From Callorhinchus milii (taxonomy: Eukaryota): a stretch of 64,000 bases of DNA. The position numbers and the translations under genes are program-made. Where the stretch lies: the NCBI RefSeq assembly GCF_018977255.1, contig NW_024704742.1, positions 11,036,001-11,100,000 of the forward strand, written 5' to 3'. Shown piece after piece: positions 62,390-64,000 of this stretch. The first letter of the stretch is position 1, and each line of letters opens with the position of its first letter. Below the pieces are notes generated by a model that saw nothing but the letters and a program-made list of their open reading frames with translations, was not told the origin of the DNA and did not search any database.

Positions 62390-62882
62390 CAACACTAATT
62401 GTTGCCGAAGGCATGATCGAAGAGAAGGGTCTTTAGATGGGATTTGAAGGAGGCCAGAGAGGGAGTGAGGTGGAGGGATTGAGGGATAGCGTTTCAGAGT
62501 GTGGGGGTAGACATGCTGAATGCCCGACCACCAATGGTGGGGCGGGAAATGCAGGGGACCTGAAGCAGGTCGGTGTCTGCCGAGTGAAGGGAGCACACAG
62601 GCTGACATGGAGGTCAGAGAGGTAGAGGGTAGCAAGACCATGGAGGGCTTTGAAAGTAAGAGGGAGGGTTTTGTACGTGATTCTCTGAGGGATGGGGAGC
62701 CAGTGAAGCCGGGCAAAAATAGGGTGATTGATTCGCGTAGCCTGGTTTGGGAGAGAACACGAGCTGCAAAGTTCTGAATAATGTGCAGCTTGTGGAGCGA
62801 AGAGTTGGGATGTCCAGTGAGCAGGCAGTTGGCATAGTCAAGCCAGGACGTGATGAAAGTGTAGATTAGGGTCTCGGAGGCC
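62390..62882 (-). mobile_element. L2 LINE ORF2 C-terminal fragment
   Basis: Reverse strand encodes the L2 C-terminal region (SITLFLP.LHWLP, ALHGL, TIGGRAFS-like) with frameshifts. Confidence 0.85.
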
Positions 62883-63739
62883 TGCAGTAAGATGACCTTA
62901 AGGCTTAAGGCTAAAAATTCGAGCCTCAGGTTATTTGTTGTGGTAGAAGGACATGGGATTCAGCCAATTAGCTGACAAATCTGGCATTTTCCTGCAATAG
63001 CAAATGCAGCATTCTAGTCTTGTAGATGTGAAGTGCAAGATATTGAGTAACTACCCCATTAAGACTTCAGGGACACAACGTGTATTTCAAACCTTGACAG
63101 CTCTGGCATCTTATGGACCATTAGGTGAGAATTTCTGTCAGTATTAGTACAGTGCTTAGTTGTGCATTTTTACATAAATGGCTTTTAAAGAGATACTTTG
63201 ACAGAGGAGGAGGAATCCAGGACAGCCACATGGGACAGGTGTAAGTGCTCGCGTGATGTTTTGTGTCCTGGAGCTGCATTCTCGTTAGCTTCTGGTCCTC
63301 ACTGAATTTACTTCTCATCAAAGTGAGGTGTGTTAGTGCTGGGAAATTAAAACCCATTTCTATTTTGGCCTCTGGTATCAGTATCAAGCCCTCCCAGGCA
63401 AAATATAGAAATTCTGAGAAAAACTCTTTTTAAACTCTGCCACAACCTCAAAATAGTACCTCCCATTTCATCAGTGGGTAACTTGTTCCAAGTTGGGCAG
63501 TATTCTGAACTGGCTGCAACTATCATTTTTCATGCTTACCTGGTCGATCTGAAGTAAAGAAGCAACCTCTAGAGGTAGTGCAGAGAAGAGCAGCAAGGCT
63601 GAGAGAGGGGTGAGCTGGGATGCACAACTAGACAAATTGGTGTTCTTCAGCCTTGAAAACAGATAGAAGGGATCTTGTAAACATAAATAATATGCAAAAC
63701 TCGATAAAGAAAATAACTGGGAAAGAGAATCATAAGTGC

Positions 63740-64000
63740 GGTTGAAAAGAAAGTTCTTAAGGTAGGCTTCAAAGGTGGCCTGTGTAAATCAAGTCCAATG
63801 CTTATAACACAATGGGAGACAGATTCAGGTTTGTAAAGAGACATTCAGGACAGACACCAGGAAATTCTTCATAATGTAGAGGGTGGAATACTAAGAAGGG
63901 TAGTACAGTTCTAGGACCATGTACTCCTTCAAAGAAACAGTTTGAAACTGAAGTGGGAAGATATGTATTCAGGAAGAATGAAATAGACTGAAGGCCTTAT
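63740..64000 (+). mobile_element. Old CR1 3' fragment
   Basis: ATTCAGGACAGACACCAGGAAATTCTTC...GAGGGTGGAA resembles the CR1 ORF2 end seen at ~38070-38140. Confidence 0.5.

Overview
This is non-coding vertebrate DNA, AT-rich and CpG-depleted, with no protein-coding exon that I can support. The repeat content points to a cartilaginous fish, most likely a holocephalan such as Callorhinchus milii; that assignment is an inference from recalled repeat consensus, not a search. The window holds about 30 full or partial copies of a tRNA-Ala-headed SINE with a (TTA)n tail, an older SacSINE1/DeuSINE-like family, and many 5'-truncated L2 and CR1 LINE fragments, two of which keep the RT YADD region. Every ORF in the track that I can recognise is a translation of these repeats. 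Between the repeats are TAAT/TGACAG-rich unique blocks typical of a gene desert or very long intron. The most interesting observations are: (1) two TSD-flanked insertions of one small family (23604-23830, palindromic; 43790-43952, mostly one arm) whose shared core rebuilds a minimal type I hammerhead ribozyme of the Penelope-like kind; (2) an unclassified 440-bp element with ungapped 110-bp inverted arms (59521-59960); (3) a young SINE subfamily whose 3' stem-loop matches the youngest L2; (4) two short local templated duplications; (5) a CpG-retaining block with a perfect CArG box and E-box (53820-54110). Repeat boundaries were read by eye and are approximate.
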